NCBI GenBank assembly: GCA_042408785.1
Contig: JBHOQU010000039.1
Span: forward strand, 22,606-86,605
Reading direction: 5' to 3'
DNA from: Dehalococcoidia bacterium
GTDB lineage: Bacteria > Chloroflexota > Dehalococcoidia > JAUQQI01
DNA: 64,000 nt
Shown here piece by piece: positions 36,911 to 46,702 of the stretch (position 1 is its first letter; each line of letters begins with the position of its first letter). The position numbers and the translations under genes are program-made. The notes beneath the pieces are model-generated. The model ran no database searches. It was not told where the DNA came from and was given only the letters and a program-made list of their open reading frames with translations.

Positions 36911-37093
36911 TTAACCTGCGGGCGTCTGCCGACCGGTTGAGCTCTCGCCCCTGGCCTGGGGTAGCGTCAGGCCGATGAGGGCCGCCAGCGCCACCACACC
37001 GGCGAAGACGGCGGCGATGACAAGGGCGGCAGCAACCAGAAGCAGAATCAGCGCCAGCGGCCAGTCCAGGACAACGGGTTGGGTTGCCACCAT
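36911..37093 (-). CDS. small membrane protein, hypothetical
   Basis: 60 aa with one long hydrophobic stretch (LALILLLVAAALVIAAVFAGVVALAALIGL). Starts 3 nt after the proS stop. Confidence 0.4.
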   Translation of the reverse strand: MVATQPVVLDWPLALILLLVAAALVIAAVFAGVVALAALIGLTLPQARGESSTGRQTPAG

Positions 37094-37096
37094 CGG

Positions 37097-38563
37097 CTAA
37101 TAGGCCCTGGCAAAGAGCACCCGCCGCTCCGAGGGCTTGCCGCACCAGATGCACTGCCCGGGTGCCGTCGGCACGCCCTCCGGCTGGTCGAAGGGTATAA
37201 CCCGGATGGTTGCGCCGGTCTGGTCCTTAATGGCGGCCTCGCAAGCGGCCGAGCCGCACCAGTGGGCGTAGACAAACCCCCGCTGACCGGCGAAAACCGC
37301 CTCGAAATCTTCCAGCCGGTCGATATTGTAACTGTTTGCCCGCTGGAAGTCCAGGGCCCTGCGGAATAGGGCCCGCTGAACCTCGTCGAGCAGGCCCTTG
37401 ACGTTTTCGACCAGGTTCTCGAAGGGCACCGTCCGCCGCTCCCGGGTGTCCCGCCGGACCAGAACGGCCTGCCGATTCTCCACATCCCGGGGCCCGATTT
37501 CGACCCGGACGGGCACCCCGCGCAGGTCCCACTCGTTGAACTTCCAGCCGGGCGTGTACTCATCCCGCAGGTCGGATATCACCCGAACGTCGTGGCTTCT
37601 CAGGCCGGCTTCGGCCTCCCGGACGACGGCCGTCACCCGCTCCCGTTCGGCCTCGGAGCGCCAGATGGGCACGATGACGGCCTGGTAGGGGGCCACCTTG
37701 GGGGGCAGGATGAGGCCGTCGGCGTCCCCGTGGACCATGATGATGGCTCCGACCAGCCGGGTCGAGGATCCCCAGCTCGTCTGCCAGACGTATTTCCGCT
37801 GGCCGTCCCGGTCCAGGAAGGTGATGTCGAAGGCCTTGGCGAAATGCTGGCCCAGGTTGTGGGAGGTGGCCGCCTGGAGGGCCCGCCGGTCGGCCATCAT
37901 CGCCTCGATGGCGTAGGTTCGGAGGGCGCCGGCAAACTTCTCCGACTCCGTCTTCCGCCCGGCCACCACCGGTATCGCCAGGTCGTTCTCGACGAAGTCC
38001 TTATAAATGCCCAGAATCTTTAAAGCCTCCGCTTCGGCCTCCTCTTCGGCGGCGTGGGCGGTGTGGCCCTCCTGCCAGAGAAACTCGGTGGTTCGCAGAA
38101 AGAGGGTGGTCCGCTTCTCCCACCGGACCACGTTGCACCACTGGTTGATGAGCACCGGCAGGTCCCGGTAAGACTGGATCCATTTGGCGTACATGGCCCC
38201 GATGATGGCCTCGGAGGTGGGCCGTACGGCCAGCCGCTCGCCCAGGGGCTCATCGCCCCCCTGGGTAACCCAGGCCACCTGGGGGGCAAAGCCTTCGACG
38301 TGTTCGGCCTCCTTCTTGAGAAAGCCCTCCGGGATGAAGAGGGGGAAGTAGGCGTTAACGTGGCCGGCATCTTTAAAGCGGCGGTCCAGGCGGGCCTGCA
38401 TATTCTCCCAGAGGGCGTAGCCGTAGGGCCGGATCACCATGCAGCCCCGGACGGGGGCGTAATCGGCCAGCTCCGCCCGCAGGATCACCTCGGTGTACCA
38501 GCCCGAAAAATCCGTCTCCCGGTCGGGCAACGCGGTTACGAAGCGCTTCACGGCCTCGGTCAT
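37097..38563 (-). CDS. proS: proline--tRNA ligase (archaeal/eukaryote-like type)
   Basis: 488 aa. FSGWYTEVILRAELADY...GCMVIRPYGYALWE start, class II motifs, and a C-terminal zinc-binding-type domain (HWCGSAACE...CIWCG). Confidence 0.92.
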   Translation of the reverse strand: MTEAVKRFVTALPDRETDFSGWYTEVILRAELADYAPVRGCMVIRPYGYALWENMQARLDRRFKDAGHVNAYFPLFIPEGFLKKEAEHVEGFAPQVAWVTQGGDEPLGERLAVRPTSEAIIGAMYAKWIQSYRDLPVLINQWCNVVRWEKRTTLFLRTTEFLWQEGHTAHAAEEEAEAEALKILGIYKDFVENDLAIPVVAGRKTESEKFAGALRTYAIEAMMADRRALQAATSHNLGQHFAKAFDITFLDRDGQRKYVWQTSWGSSTRLVGAIIMVHGDADGLILPPKVAPYQAVIVPIWRSEAERERVTAVVREAEAGLRSHDVRVISDLRDEYTPGWKFNEWDLRGVPVRVEIGPRDVENRQAVLVRRDTRERRTVPFENLVENVKGLLDEVQRALFRRALDFQRANSYNIDRLEDFEAVFAGQRGFVYAHWCGSAACEAAIKDQTGATIRVIPFDQPEGVPTAPGQCIWCGKPSERRVLFARAY

Positions 38564-38682
38564 CGCCTTCCCCCTTCGCCTTTACTCCGGTTCTAAGTCT
38601 AGCATACCGCCTGCGCCGTTGCGCCCGGATGGACGTCGGGTTATAATAGGCCAGAACATTTACCTCACAGGGGAGGCAAACC

Positions 38683-39939
38683 GTGCAGCGGGTCACCCGG
38701 AGGGAATTCCTTAAGCTGGCAGGGGCCGCGGCGGGCATCATCGGGCTTGAGTCGGCTGTGGTCGGGTGTCAGGTTGCCGGTCAGGTCGGGGGGCCGGGGC
38801 CTCAGCCGGCCCAGGAGATCCCCATGCTGGGCATCTGGCCCTTCACCGGAGCCTTCGCCGACGTGGGGCCCGTTCTCGACCGGGGAATGAGCCTGGCCCT
38901 GGAGGAGTGGGGTTACAAAGTCAACGGCCGTCCCATCAAATATGTCAAGCGGGACAGCGAAACCAAGGCGGATACCGCCACCCGCCGGGTGGAAGAGGCC
39001 ATCGAAACCGAGGGCGTCAAGTACGTTATCGGCCCTTGGTCCAGCGGCGTCGCCCTCGCCGTCTCCGAAGTGGCCAAGCGCCGGAAGGTGCTCCACTTCT
39101 TCAGCGGCGGCACCGAGGACATCAGCGGCAAGCGCTGCCACCGGTACTCCTTCCAGTGGGCCGCCCACGCCTACACGGCCGCCGATACGGTCGTAAAAAC
39201 CTTCCTCCGGGAAAACCCCGGGGCCAAGCGCTGGTACCTGCTCATTGCCGACTACGCCTTCGGCTGGTCCCTGGAAAAATACTTAAAGCTTGTGGGCGAA
39301 AAGTACGGCATCCAGGTTATCGGTTCGGACCGCCACCCCCTGGGCGAGCGGGAATTCAGCGGCTACGTCTCCAAGGCCGTCGGCGCCCGACCCGACGTGG
39401 TGGCCATGGTCAACTTCGGCCAGGACGCCATCCAGGCAGTCCGGACCTTTTACAACTTCGGCTGGCAGCCCAAGCAGCCCCTGATCATGAGCTGGAGCGC
39501 CGGAGTCGAAGAACTGGTTCAGCTTGAGCCGGAAATGCGGGAGAACGTCTGGGTCGGCACCAACTTCTACTACACCCTCGACACCCCCGTCGCCCGGGAG
39601 TTTGTCAAGCGCTACCGGGAAAAGTACAATGAGCCCCCGGGCTACGCCCCGGCCGCGGCCTACGGGATGACTCGCCTAGTCCTGCGGGCCATCGAGAAGG
39701 CCCGGAGCGCCGAAGTCCCCGACGTGATTCAGGCCCTGGAAGGCTGGGAGGGCGAGGACCTGCTCGGCAAGATGAGCATCGACCCCAGGACCCACCAGAC
39801 CATGCGGCCCTATTTCTTCCTGCGCTGCAAAAAGAAAGCCGATATGAAGGACCAGTGGGACTTTGCAGACCTGATCGGCATGGGCGATACGCCCCAGCCG
39901 CGCGAGCTCAACGAGTGCCAGGATATCGGGTCGTTATAA
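38683..39939 (+). CDS. branched-chain-amino-acid-type ABC transporter substrate-binding lipoprotein
   Basis: 418 aa. RREFLKLAGAAAG signal with lipobox-like VVGC. Type-1 periplasmic-binding-fold pattern. Followed by livHMGF. Confidence 0.85.
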   Translation: MQRVTRREFLKLAGAAAGIIGLESAVVGCQVAGQVGGPGPQPAQEIPMLGIWPFTGAFADVGPVLDRGMSLALEEWGYKVNGRPIKYVKRDSETKADTATRRVEEAIETEGVKYVIGPWSSGVALAVSEVAKRRKVLHFFSGGTEDISGKRCHRYSFQWAAHAYTAADTVVKTFLRENPGAKRWYLLIADYAFGWSLEKYLKLVGEKYGIQVIGSDRHPLGEREFSGYVSKAVGARPDVVAMVNFGQDAIQAVRTFYNFGWQPKQPLIMSWSAGVEELVQLEPEMRENVWVGTNFYYTLDTPVAREFVKRYREKYNEPPGYAPAAAYGMTRLVLRAIEKARSAEVPDVIQALEGWEGEDLLGKMSIDPRTHQTMRPYFFLRCKKKADMKDQWDFADLIGMGDTPQPRELNECQDIGSL

Positions 39940-39987
39940 GGCTGGGGGCCTGAACCCCGCATACCGGCCGTCATCCGAGGTTGCGTC

Positions 39988-40857
39988 GTGGAAAATCTCG
40001 TTCCGACTCTGACGGTTCAGTTTTTTAACGGCCTCGTTGTAGGTATGCTCTACGCCCTCATCGGCATCGGCCTCACGCTGATCCTGGGCCTCCTGGACAT
40101 CCCCAACTTCGCCCACGGGGCCCTTTACGCCCTCGGCGCGTACTTGTTAATTCAGCTTCTTGGGCTGACGGGCAGTTTCTGGCTGGGCCTGCTCATTGCC
40201 CCCGTCGTGGTCTTCATTCTGAGCATGATTTTGGAGCGCCTGATGATTCGGCCCTTGTATCCGGTCGGGGCCAATTACGTGCTCCTCTTTACCTTTGCCG
40301 TTTCGGTCATTGTGCAGGAGCTGATCATCATCCTGTGGGGCCCGGTCGGATTCAGCGTTTTGCCACCCCCGGTGCTGGCCGGCAGCGTCGAGCTGGGGCT
40401 CTTCTCCTATCCAAGGTATCACCTTTTTGTGATGTTCGTTTCGGTGGCCGTTATCGTCGCCCTCTGGTTCTTGCTGGAGCACACCCGCTACGGGGCGATT
40501 ATGCGGGCCGGGATTGAGAACAAAACGATGGTCAGCGCCCTGGGCATTGACGTTTACCGGCTGTTCACCGTCGGTTTCGGGTTGGGGGCCTACCTGGCGG
40601 GCCTGGCCGGTGTCCTGATCGCCCCGATCCGGGGGCTCACGCCCTACATGGGGGTCGACATTTTGCCCTTCGCCTTCGTCATAGTTGCCCTGGGCGGGCT
40701 CGGCAACATCATCGGGGCCATTGTCGCCGGCCTCATCATCGGCGTCACCCAGACCCTGACCACCCAGTTCTGGCCCCAGGGCTCCACCATCACCATCTTT
40801 GCGGTAATGGCCCTGATTCTGCTCACCCGGCCTCAGGGCCTCTTCGGGGCCCGCTGA
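39988..40857 (+). CDS. livH: branched-chain amino acid ABC transporter permease
   Basis: 289 aa. LivH-like start QFFNGLVVGMLYALIGIGLTLILG. Confidence 0.88.
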   Translation: MENLVPTLTVQFFNGLVVGMLYALIGIGLTLILGLLDIPNFAHGALYALGAYLLIQLLGLTGSFWLGLLIAPVVVFILSMILERLMIRPLYPVGANYVLLFTFAVSVIVQELIIILWGPVGFSVLPPPVLAGSVELGLFSYPRYHLFVMFVSVAVIVALWFLLEHTRYGAIMRAGIENKTMVSALGIDVYRLFTVGFGLGAYLAGLAGVLIAPIRGLTPYMGVDILPFAFVIVALGGLGNIIGAIVAGLIIGVTQTLTTQFWPQGSTITIFAVMALILLTRPQGLFGAR

Positions 40858-40858
40858 G

Positions 40859-41854
40859 ATGGCCAAGCTCCGCCGGCGACTCGGTCCCATCGCCCCCTGG
40901 GTGCTGCTCGGCATCGTCGTGCTCGTGCTCCCCGACCTGATGCGCACCACGGTGGCCACAGAGGTCTGGATTTTCGCCATCCTCGCCCTGGCTTTCAACC
41001 TGCTGCTGGGCTATACGGGCCTGCTTTCCTTCGGGCAGGCGACGTTTTTCGGCGCCGGCGCCTACACCGCCGGCCTTCTGCTGATTCATCAGCGGGTCCA
41101 CCCCCTGGTGGCCCTGGCCGCGGCCGCCCTGGCCGGCGGCCTTGTCGCCGCCGTTGTGGGCTACCTGTGCATCCGGCGGGTCGGCCTCTACTTCATCATG
41201 CTGACCTTCGCCTTCAACCTGATGGCCTATTTCATCGTCTACCAGGCCTCGTCGATAACCGGCGGCGTCGACGGCCTGCCGGGGGTGCCCAGGCCCCCGG
41301 TAGACCTCTACGTCGTATCCTGGGACATCCGACCGGGCGTCTCTTACTACCTGTTCGTAAGCCTTATCTTTCTGGCCTCTGCCCTGACCCTCAAAGGGGT
41401 GGCGGATTCGCCCCTCGGGCTGGTGCTCCAGGCCATCCGGGAAAATGAGGCCCGGGCCGCCGCCCTGGGCTACAACACCTCGGCCTTCAAGCGGCTGGCC
41501 TTCGTCACCTCCGGTGTCTTCTCCGGGCTGGCCGGCGCCCTTTACGGGATGCTCTTCGGCATCGTGCCCATCGACACCATCTACTGGGTGACGTCGGGCA
41601 ACATCGTCTTTATGACCCTCATCGGGGGTACCAGCAGCTTTTTCGGCCCCGTAGTTGGCGCAATTTTCTTTATCTGGTTAGCCGAAACAATAAGCGTTCG
41701 CTGGGAGCGGTGGCCCCTCCTGTTCGGGCTGGTGTTCGTCTTTGTAATCTTCTTCTTCCGGGGCGGTTTCGTGGAAGTCTGGCGGCGGCTCCAGACCCTC
41801 CTGTCCCGCCCCGGCCGGAAGTTGGAGCCGGACCGTGGTCCTGCTAAGGACTGA
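40859..41854 (+). CDS. livM: branched-chain amino acid ABC transporter permease
   Basis: 331 aa. LLLGYTGLLSFGQATFFGAGAY LivM signature. Confidence 0.88.
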   Translation: MAKLRRRLGPIAPWVLLGIVVLVLPDLMRTTVATEVWIFAILALAFNLLLGYTGLLSFGQATFFGAGAYTAGLLLIHQRVHPLVALAAAALAGGLVAAVVGYLCIRRVGLYFIMLTFAFNLMAYFIVYQASSITGGVDGLPGVPRPPVDLYVVSWDIRPGVSYYLFVSLIFLASALTLKGVADSPLGLVLQAIRENEARAAALGYNTSAFKRLAFVTSGVFSGLAGALYGMLFGIVPIDTIYWVTSGNIVFMTLIGGTSSFFGPVVGAIFFIWLAETISVRWERWPLLFGLVFVFVIFFFRGGFVEVWRRLQTLLSRPGRKLEPDRGPAKD

Positions 41855-42578
41855 GGACCTGACCGTCCGATTCGGCGCCCTGACGGCCGTGGACCGGGTA
41901 AGCTTAGAGATTCAGCCCGGAACGGTCTACTCCATCATCGGCCCCAACGGTGCCGGCAAAACCACCCTCTTTAACGCGATAACCGGGGAAATAAGGCCCA
42001 CCTCGGGCCGGGTCCTCTTCCTGGACCGGGATATCACCAACCTGACCGTCTACCAGCGGGCCCAGCTGGGTATTGGCCGCTCCTTCCAGCGGACCAACAT
42101 CTTTCCCAACCTGACGGTCTTCGAAAACGTCTGGCTTGCCAGTTTCGCCCGGCTTCACCCCTCCAGCCTCCCCCACCGGATACCCCGCCATCACCTGGCC
42201 GAAGCCAAAGACCGCGTCTACGAGGTCCTGGCCGAAGTCGGCCTGGCCGACCGGGCCAACCACCAGGCCGCCGAACTCTCCCACGGGGACCAGCGGCTGC
42301 TTGAGGTTGCCATTGCCCTCGGGCTGTCGCCAAAGCTCCTTATGCTGGATGAGCCCACGGCCGGCCTTTCGCCCGAAGAAACCCGCCGCATGATGGAACT
42401 TATAAAACAGTTGGCCGCCAAATACACGATATTGCTCATCGAGCATAAAATTCACCTCGTCATGGAAGTCTCGCAAATCGTTTCCGTGATGCATTTCGGT
42501 CGTATAATTGCCCAGGGTTCCCCCGAGCAAATCCAAAGGGACCCGGCCGTTCAAGAAGCATACCTGGGTAGGCGATGA
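41835..42578 (+). CDS. livG: branched-chain amino acid ABC transporter ATP-binding protein
   Basis: Walker A GPNGAGKTT, signature LSHGDQR, Walker B LLMLDEP. Confidence 0.9.
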   Translation: MVLLRTEDLTVRFGALTAVDRVSLEIQPGTVYSIIGPNGAGKTTLFNAITGEIRPTSGRVLFLDRDITNLTVYQRAQLGIGRSFQRTNIFPNLTVFENVWLASFARLHPSSLPHRIPRHHLAEAKDRVYEVLAEVGLADRANHQAAELSHGDQRLLEVAIALGLSPKLLMLDEPTAGLSPEETRRMMELIKQLAAKYTILLIEHKIHLVMEVSQIVSVMHFGRIIAQGSPEQIQRDPAVQEAYLGRR

Positions 42579-43273
42579 TTCTGGAAGTCAAAGAAATTCA
42601 CGTCTACTACGGCCTGGCCCACGTCCTGCACGGCGTATCCCTTCAAGTCGACCGGGGTGAGGTTGTGGCCCTGCTGGGCCGCAACGGTGCCGGCAAAAGC
42701 ACAACCATTAAGGCCATCATGGGGGTCGCACCGCCCAGGTCGGGAAGGGTGGTCTTTAAGGGGATTGATATTACCGGCTGGCCGCCGCATCGGGTGGCCC
42801 GCCTGGGGGTCGGATATGTGCCCGAGACCCGGGATATCTTCTCCCATCTGACCGCCGAGGAAAACCTCCTGATCGCTTACAACCGGCGTTCCCGCTGGGC
42901 CCCCGAGAGCATCGTGGAACTGTTTCCGAAGCTGGCGGAGCTCAAGAACAGGCGGGGTCGGCACCTCAGTGGCGGCGAACAGCAGATGCTGGCCATCGCC
43001 CGCGCCCTGCTGACCGGCCCGGAGCTTCTCCTCCTCGACGAACCCTCCCAGGGCCTGGCCCCTATCGTGGTCGAATCCATCCTCGATGCCGTCAGGCGCC
43101 TTAAAGGGCAGGGGCTGAGCATGCTGCTGGTCGAGCAAAACTTCGACCTGGCCGTACAGCTCGCCGACCGCGTCTACCTGATCGACCACGGGCAGATCGT
43201 CTTCGAGGGGACCGTGGCCGACCTCATGGCCAGGCCGGAGCTCACCACCCGCTACCTGGGCGTAACCGTCTAA
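42575..43273 (+). CDS. livF: branched-chain amino acid ABC transporter ATP-binding protein
   Basis: Walker A GRNGAGKST, signature LSGGEQQ, Walker B LLLLDEP. Confidence 0.9.
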   Translation: MILEVKEIHVYYGLAHVLHGVSLQVDRGEVVALLGRNGAGKSTTIKAIMGVAPPRSGRVVFKGIDITGWPPHRVARLGVGYVPETRDIFSHLTAEENLLIAYNRRSRWAPESIVELFPKLAELKNRRGRHLSGGEQQMLAIARALLTGPELLLLDEPSQGLAPIVVESILDAVRRLKGQGLSMLLVEQNFDLAVQLADRVYLIDHGQIVFEGTVADLMARPELTTRYLGVTV

Positions 43274-43286
43274 AGCATCCCCGGGT

Positions 43287-43316
43287 TTGACAAGGCTCGG
43301 CGGGCGTCCATATATT
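43287..43316 (+). promoter_or_regulatory. candidate promoter of the kinase gene (would give a near-leaderless mRNA)
   Basis: TTGACA (43287-43292), 18-nt spacer, TATATT (43311-43316). The ATG at 43327 is only 10 nt past the -10. Confidence 0.4.
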
Positions 43317-43326
43317 GCCGATTGGG

Positions 43327-45066
43327 ATGGGTACGACGGAGCGGGAAGAGCTTCTGGCCGAAATCGAGCGGCTCCGGGCCGAGAACGAGCGGCTTAAGGC
43401 CCAGATCGAGGACGAACTTATCCGCCGCATCGCCCAGCTCAATGCCCTGCATCGGGTCAATGCCGCCGCCAACAGCTCCCTCAACCTGGATGAGATGCTC
43501 CGCCTCACCGTCCACACCGTCAGCGAGGTGATGCGCACCGACGCCTGCTCCGTCTACCTGTTCGAGCCCGGCGACCGCCTCGTCCTGCGGGCCACCGTCG
43601 GCCTGAACCCGGAGGCCGTGGGCAAGTACTCCATCCGCCTCGGCGCCGGCATCACCGGCCTGGCCGCCGCCCAGGGCCGCCCCATCGCCGTAAAGGACGC
43701 CTGGGGCGACCCCCGCTTCATGGTGGCCCCCGGCCTCGGCGAGGAACCCTACAACTCCATGCTCTCCGTCCCCATCATCCTCTTCGCCGCCAGCGGCACC
43801 AAGCTCGTCGGCGTCCTCAACCTGATGACCCGTCAGCCCCGGGACTTCACCCCGGACGAGCTCAACTTCTTAGAGACCGTGGCCGGCCAGCTGGCCATCG
43901 CCATTGAAAATGCCCGCCTTTACAGCTACACCGACCAGAAACTCCAGGAGAAGATCGCCCAGCTCTCAACCCTCCAACAGGTCTTCCACCTGATGACCTC
44001 CACCCTGGATATCGGCCAGGTGCTCAAGGTCATCGTCGACCAGGCCGTCGCCTTAACCCGCTGCGATGCCGCCGCCATCTTCCAGCTCGACCCCGATTCG
44101 GAGTTTCTGACCATCGTCGCCGCCCACGGCCTGCCGGAAAACTTAACCCGAACCTGGCGGGCCCGGCCTGGCGAGACCGCCCCCGGCCTGGTCGTCCGCA
44201 CCGGCCTGCCCCTGGTCATCCCGGACACGGCCGAGCTGGTGGGCCGGAAGGTGGTCCCCCTGGGTGAGGTTACCGATTTCCGGGCCGTCTTCTGCGTGCC
44301 CCTGGCCACTCAGGGCCAGACCTTCGGCGCCCTGGGCATCTACTGCCGCGACCGCCACGATTTTGACCCCGACGAGGTGATGTTCCTCTCAACCTTTGCC
44401 GACCAGGCGGCCGTCGCCCTGACCAACGCCCGGCTCTACTCCGAGGCCCAGCGCAACCTGGCGGCCAAGTCGGCGATGCTGGCCGAAATGCATCACCGGG
44501 TCAAAAACAACCTCCAGAACGTGGCCGCCCTGCTTTCCCTCCAGTACCGGCGCAGCCGCACCGAGGAGGCCCGCCGGGTCCTCAAAGAGAGCCTGGGGCG
44601 GATCGAGGCCATCGCCGCCGTCCACGACCTGCTTTCCGGGGGACAGGCCGAATGCACCACCTTGCAGCGGGTCGCCCACCAGATCGCCGACGTGGTCCTG
44701 AGCCACCTGGTGCCGCCCCGGCTCCAGGTGGAGTTCGGGGTCGACGGCGACGAGATCCCCCTGCCGGCCCGGGCCGCCACCGTCTTTGCCCTGGTGCTGA
44801 ACGAGCTTTTAAACAACGCCATCGACCACGGGCGGCCGGCGGAGGGACCCCTGCGGGTCAAGATCACCGGCCAGTATTCCGACGAGGAGGTCCGGGTCAT
44901 CGTGGCCGATAACGGTCCCGGCTTTCCGCCCGATTTCAGCGTCGACCGGCACGGGGGCCTGGGCCTCCGGATCGTCCGAACACTGGTGGAGCAGGACCTG
45001 GGGGGTAGGCTGCGCTTCGGAACCAATGGGGGGGCGGTAATAACCATCACCTTCCCGCCCCAATGA
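43327..45066 (+). CDS. sensor histidine kinase: coiled coil, two GAF domains, HisKA_2 and HATPase
   Basis: HHRVKNNLQNVAALLSLQ H-box, NELLNNAIDHG N-box, GLGLRIV G-box. Two GAF-like repeats. The track start TTG 43315 falls inside the putative -10. Confidence 0.85.
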   Translation: MGTTEREELLAEIERLRAENERLKAQIEDELIRRIAQLNALHRVNAAANSSLNLDEMLRLTVHTVSEVMRTDACSVYLFEPGDRLVLRATVGLNPEAVGKYSIRLGAGITGLAAAQGRPIAVKDAWGDPRFMVAPGLGEEPYNSMLSVPIILFAASGTKLVGVLNLMTRQPRDFTPDELNFLETVAGQLAIAIENARLYSYTDQKLQEKIAQLSTLQQVFHLMTSTLDIGQVLKVIVDQAVALTRCDAAAIFQLDPDSEFLTIVAAHGLPENLTRTWRARPGETAPGLVVRTGLPLVIPDTAELVGRKVVPLGEVTDFRAVFCVPLATQGQTFGALGIYCRDRHDFDPDEVMFLSTFADQAAVALTNARLYSEAQRNLAAKSAMLAEMHHRVKNNLQNVAALLSLQYRRSRTEEARRVLKESLGRIEAIAAVHDLLSGGQAECTTLQRVAHQIADVVLSHLVPPRLQVEFGVDGDEIPLPARAATVFALVLNELLNNAIDHGRPAEGPLRVKITGQYSDEEVRVIVADNGPGFPPDFSVDRHGGLGLRIVRTLVEQDLGGRLRFGTNGGAVITITFPPQ

Positions 45067-46280
45067 CGGTCCGGGGCCTCAAACCCGAGACGGTCGCCTG
45101 GGCCGTCCTCTGGACCGCCTTTGGGGTTTTCCTCCTGCTCTGCGCCGGGACCATCCTGGCCGTCCGGTGGTTTATCCAGTCGGCCACGGTTACCGAGGAG
45201 GCCCAGTTAACCGTCACCGGCGGCACCGTGGCCATCCGGCCCCTGAGCCAGGGCGGCCCCGACTGGGTCGTCGCCCCGTCCCAGGCAGCCCTCAGGGAGT
45301 CCGACCAGGTGCGGACCGACGAAGGCTCCACCGCTTTCATCCGGCTGCCCGACGGTTCCACGGTCTCGGTTCTGCCGGGCACCGAACTTGCCCTAAGCCG
45401 GCTTCGGAGGTTCAGGTTCGGCGAGCCGGGTTACCTGCTGGACATCACCATCAAGTCGGGGCGGCTGATTCTGGGGGTGGCCCACCCGATTGGGCGGCCC
45501 ACTGAGTTCCGGATTTTGGACGGGGGCGCCGAGGTGCGGCTGACCGAGGGCAACTACGCCGTCCGCAAGGAGGCCGACCGGCTCGAGGTGCGGGTCCGCC
45601 AGCTGGGCAGCGCCCTGGTCCGGAGCGGCCCCTTCGAGGTCAACCTGGGCTCCCTCCAGCGGGCCGTGGCTTACCCAGGCCGGGTGGACGGGCCCCTGCC
45701 CCCGGAGGACGACCTGATCAGGGCCGGCGATTTCAGCCAGGGGGTCGACGACCGGGCCTGGCAGCCGGTGGTCGAAGAGGCCTGCTGGGCCGCGCCCCAG
45801 GTTCAGAATCGCCTCGAACCGGCCCGGGTGGATGGGGAGCTGGCGGTCCGGTTCTTCCGCCAGGACAGTGAGGGCACCCCCTGCCAGATGTTCCTCCACC
45901 AGGAGATAAACCGGGACGTCTCGGACCTGATATCCCTGCGGCTCAGGATTGAGTTCCGGATCAACCGCCAGACCCTTTCAGGGGGCGGCTACCTGGGGAG
46001 CGAATACCCGGTCCAGGTCAGGATGCTTTACCGGGGCGCCGACGGGGGCGAGCGGCTCTGGGTCCGGGGATTTTATATCCAGAATGTAGAGGGCCGACGG
46101 ACCGACCACGGCGTAAAAGTCGACGGCGGCCGCTGGGTTGAGTACTGGGTTCCCGATGCCGAGGACCCGAGCCTGCTAAGCTTGGCCGGGGGCGTCCGGT
46201 ACATCCGGTGGATCGAGGTCATGGCCAGCGGCCACGACTTCGAATCCTATGTCCGCCGGGTAAGCCTCCTCGGGCAGTGA
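45063..46280 (+). CDS. membrane-anchored FecR-domain-like protein with unknown C-terminal beta domain
   Basis: 405 aa, ATGA overlap with the kinase stop. N-terminal TM helix, then VRTDEGSTAFIRLPDGSTVSVLPGTEL, a typical FecR pattern. Confidence 0.6.
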   Translation: MTVRGLKPETVAWAVLWTAFGVFLLLCAGTILAVRWFIQSATVTEEAQLTVTGGTVAIRPLSQGGPDWVVAPSQAALRESDQVRTDEGSTAFIRLPDGSTVSVLPGTELALSRLRRFRFGEPGYLLDITIKSGRLILGVAHPIGRPTEFRILDGGAEVRLTEGNYAVRKEADRLEVRVRQLGSALVRSGPFEVNLGSLQRAVAYPGRVDGPLPPEDDLIRAGDFSQGVDDRAWQPVVEEACWAAPQVQNRLEPARVDGELAVRFFRQDSEGTPCQMFLHQEINRDVSDLISLRLRIEFRINRQTLSGGGYLGSEYPVQVRMLYRGADGGERLWVRGFYIQNVEGRRTDHGVKVDGGRWVEYWVPDAEDPSLLSLAGGVRYIRWIEVMASGHDFESYVRRVSLLGQ

Positions 46281-46332
46281 GGGGGGCACAGGACCGCATG
46301 TGGTAGTATAGTAGGGTAAGGAGGCGAGGGAG

Positions 46333-46671
46333 ATGGATGCGGGAAAACAGCTCCGTAAAAGCAACACCAACCGGCTGCTCTTCGGGGTCTGCGGCGGCCT
46401 CGGCGAGTACTTCAACGTCGACCCCCTGGTCTTCCGGGTCGCCTTTATTGCCCTGGCCTTGGTGCAGGGCCTGGGGATCCTGCTCTACCTGTTGCTGGTG
46501 TTCCTCATGCCAAGGCCGGCGGCGTCGAGCACCGACCTGCCCAACGCCCTTAAGGACAACCTGAGGTCGGCGCCCGCCGAAGCCACCGAGGCCGGGCGCC
46601 GGGCAATCCGGATCCTCCGGGGCCAGCCGGTCGCATCAGCCGAAGGCGGGGAGCATCCGGAGGGGCCCTAA
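46333..46671 (+). CDS. PspC-domain membrane protein
   Basis: LRKSNTNRLLFGVCGGLGEYFNVDPLVFRVAF is the PspC domain signature. AAGGAGG RBS. Confidence 0.8.
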   Translation: MDAGKQLRKSNTNRLLFGVCGGLGEYFNVDPLVFRVAFIALALVQGLGILLYLLLVFLMPRPAASSTDLPNALKDNLRSAPAEATEAGRRAIRILRGQPVASAEGGEHPEGP

Positions 46672-46676
46672 ATCTG

Positions 46677-46698
46677 GGGCGGCCCGGTCGGGCCGCTA
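46677..46698. terminator. short GC hairpin between convergent genes
   Basis: GCGGCCC-GGTC-GGGCCGC, a 7-bp perfect stem. No clear U-tract. Confidence 0.35.
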
Positions 46699-46702
46699 AC
46701 GC

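Noticed and set aside
38564-38682. Possible T-box or other leader upstream of proS
   Set aside because: There are only about 120 nt of divergent intergenic DNA, with no T-box sequence, specifier structure or terminator.
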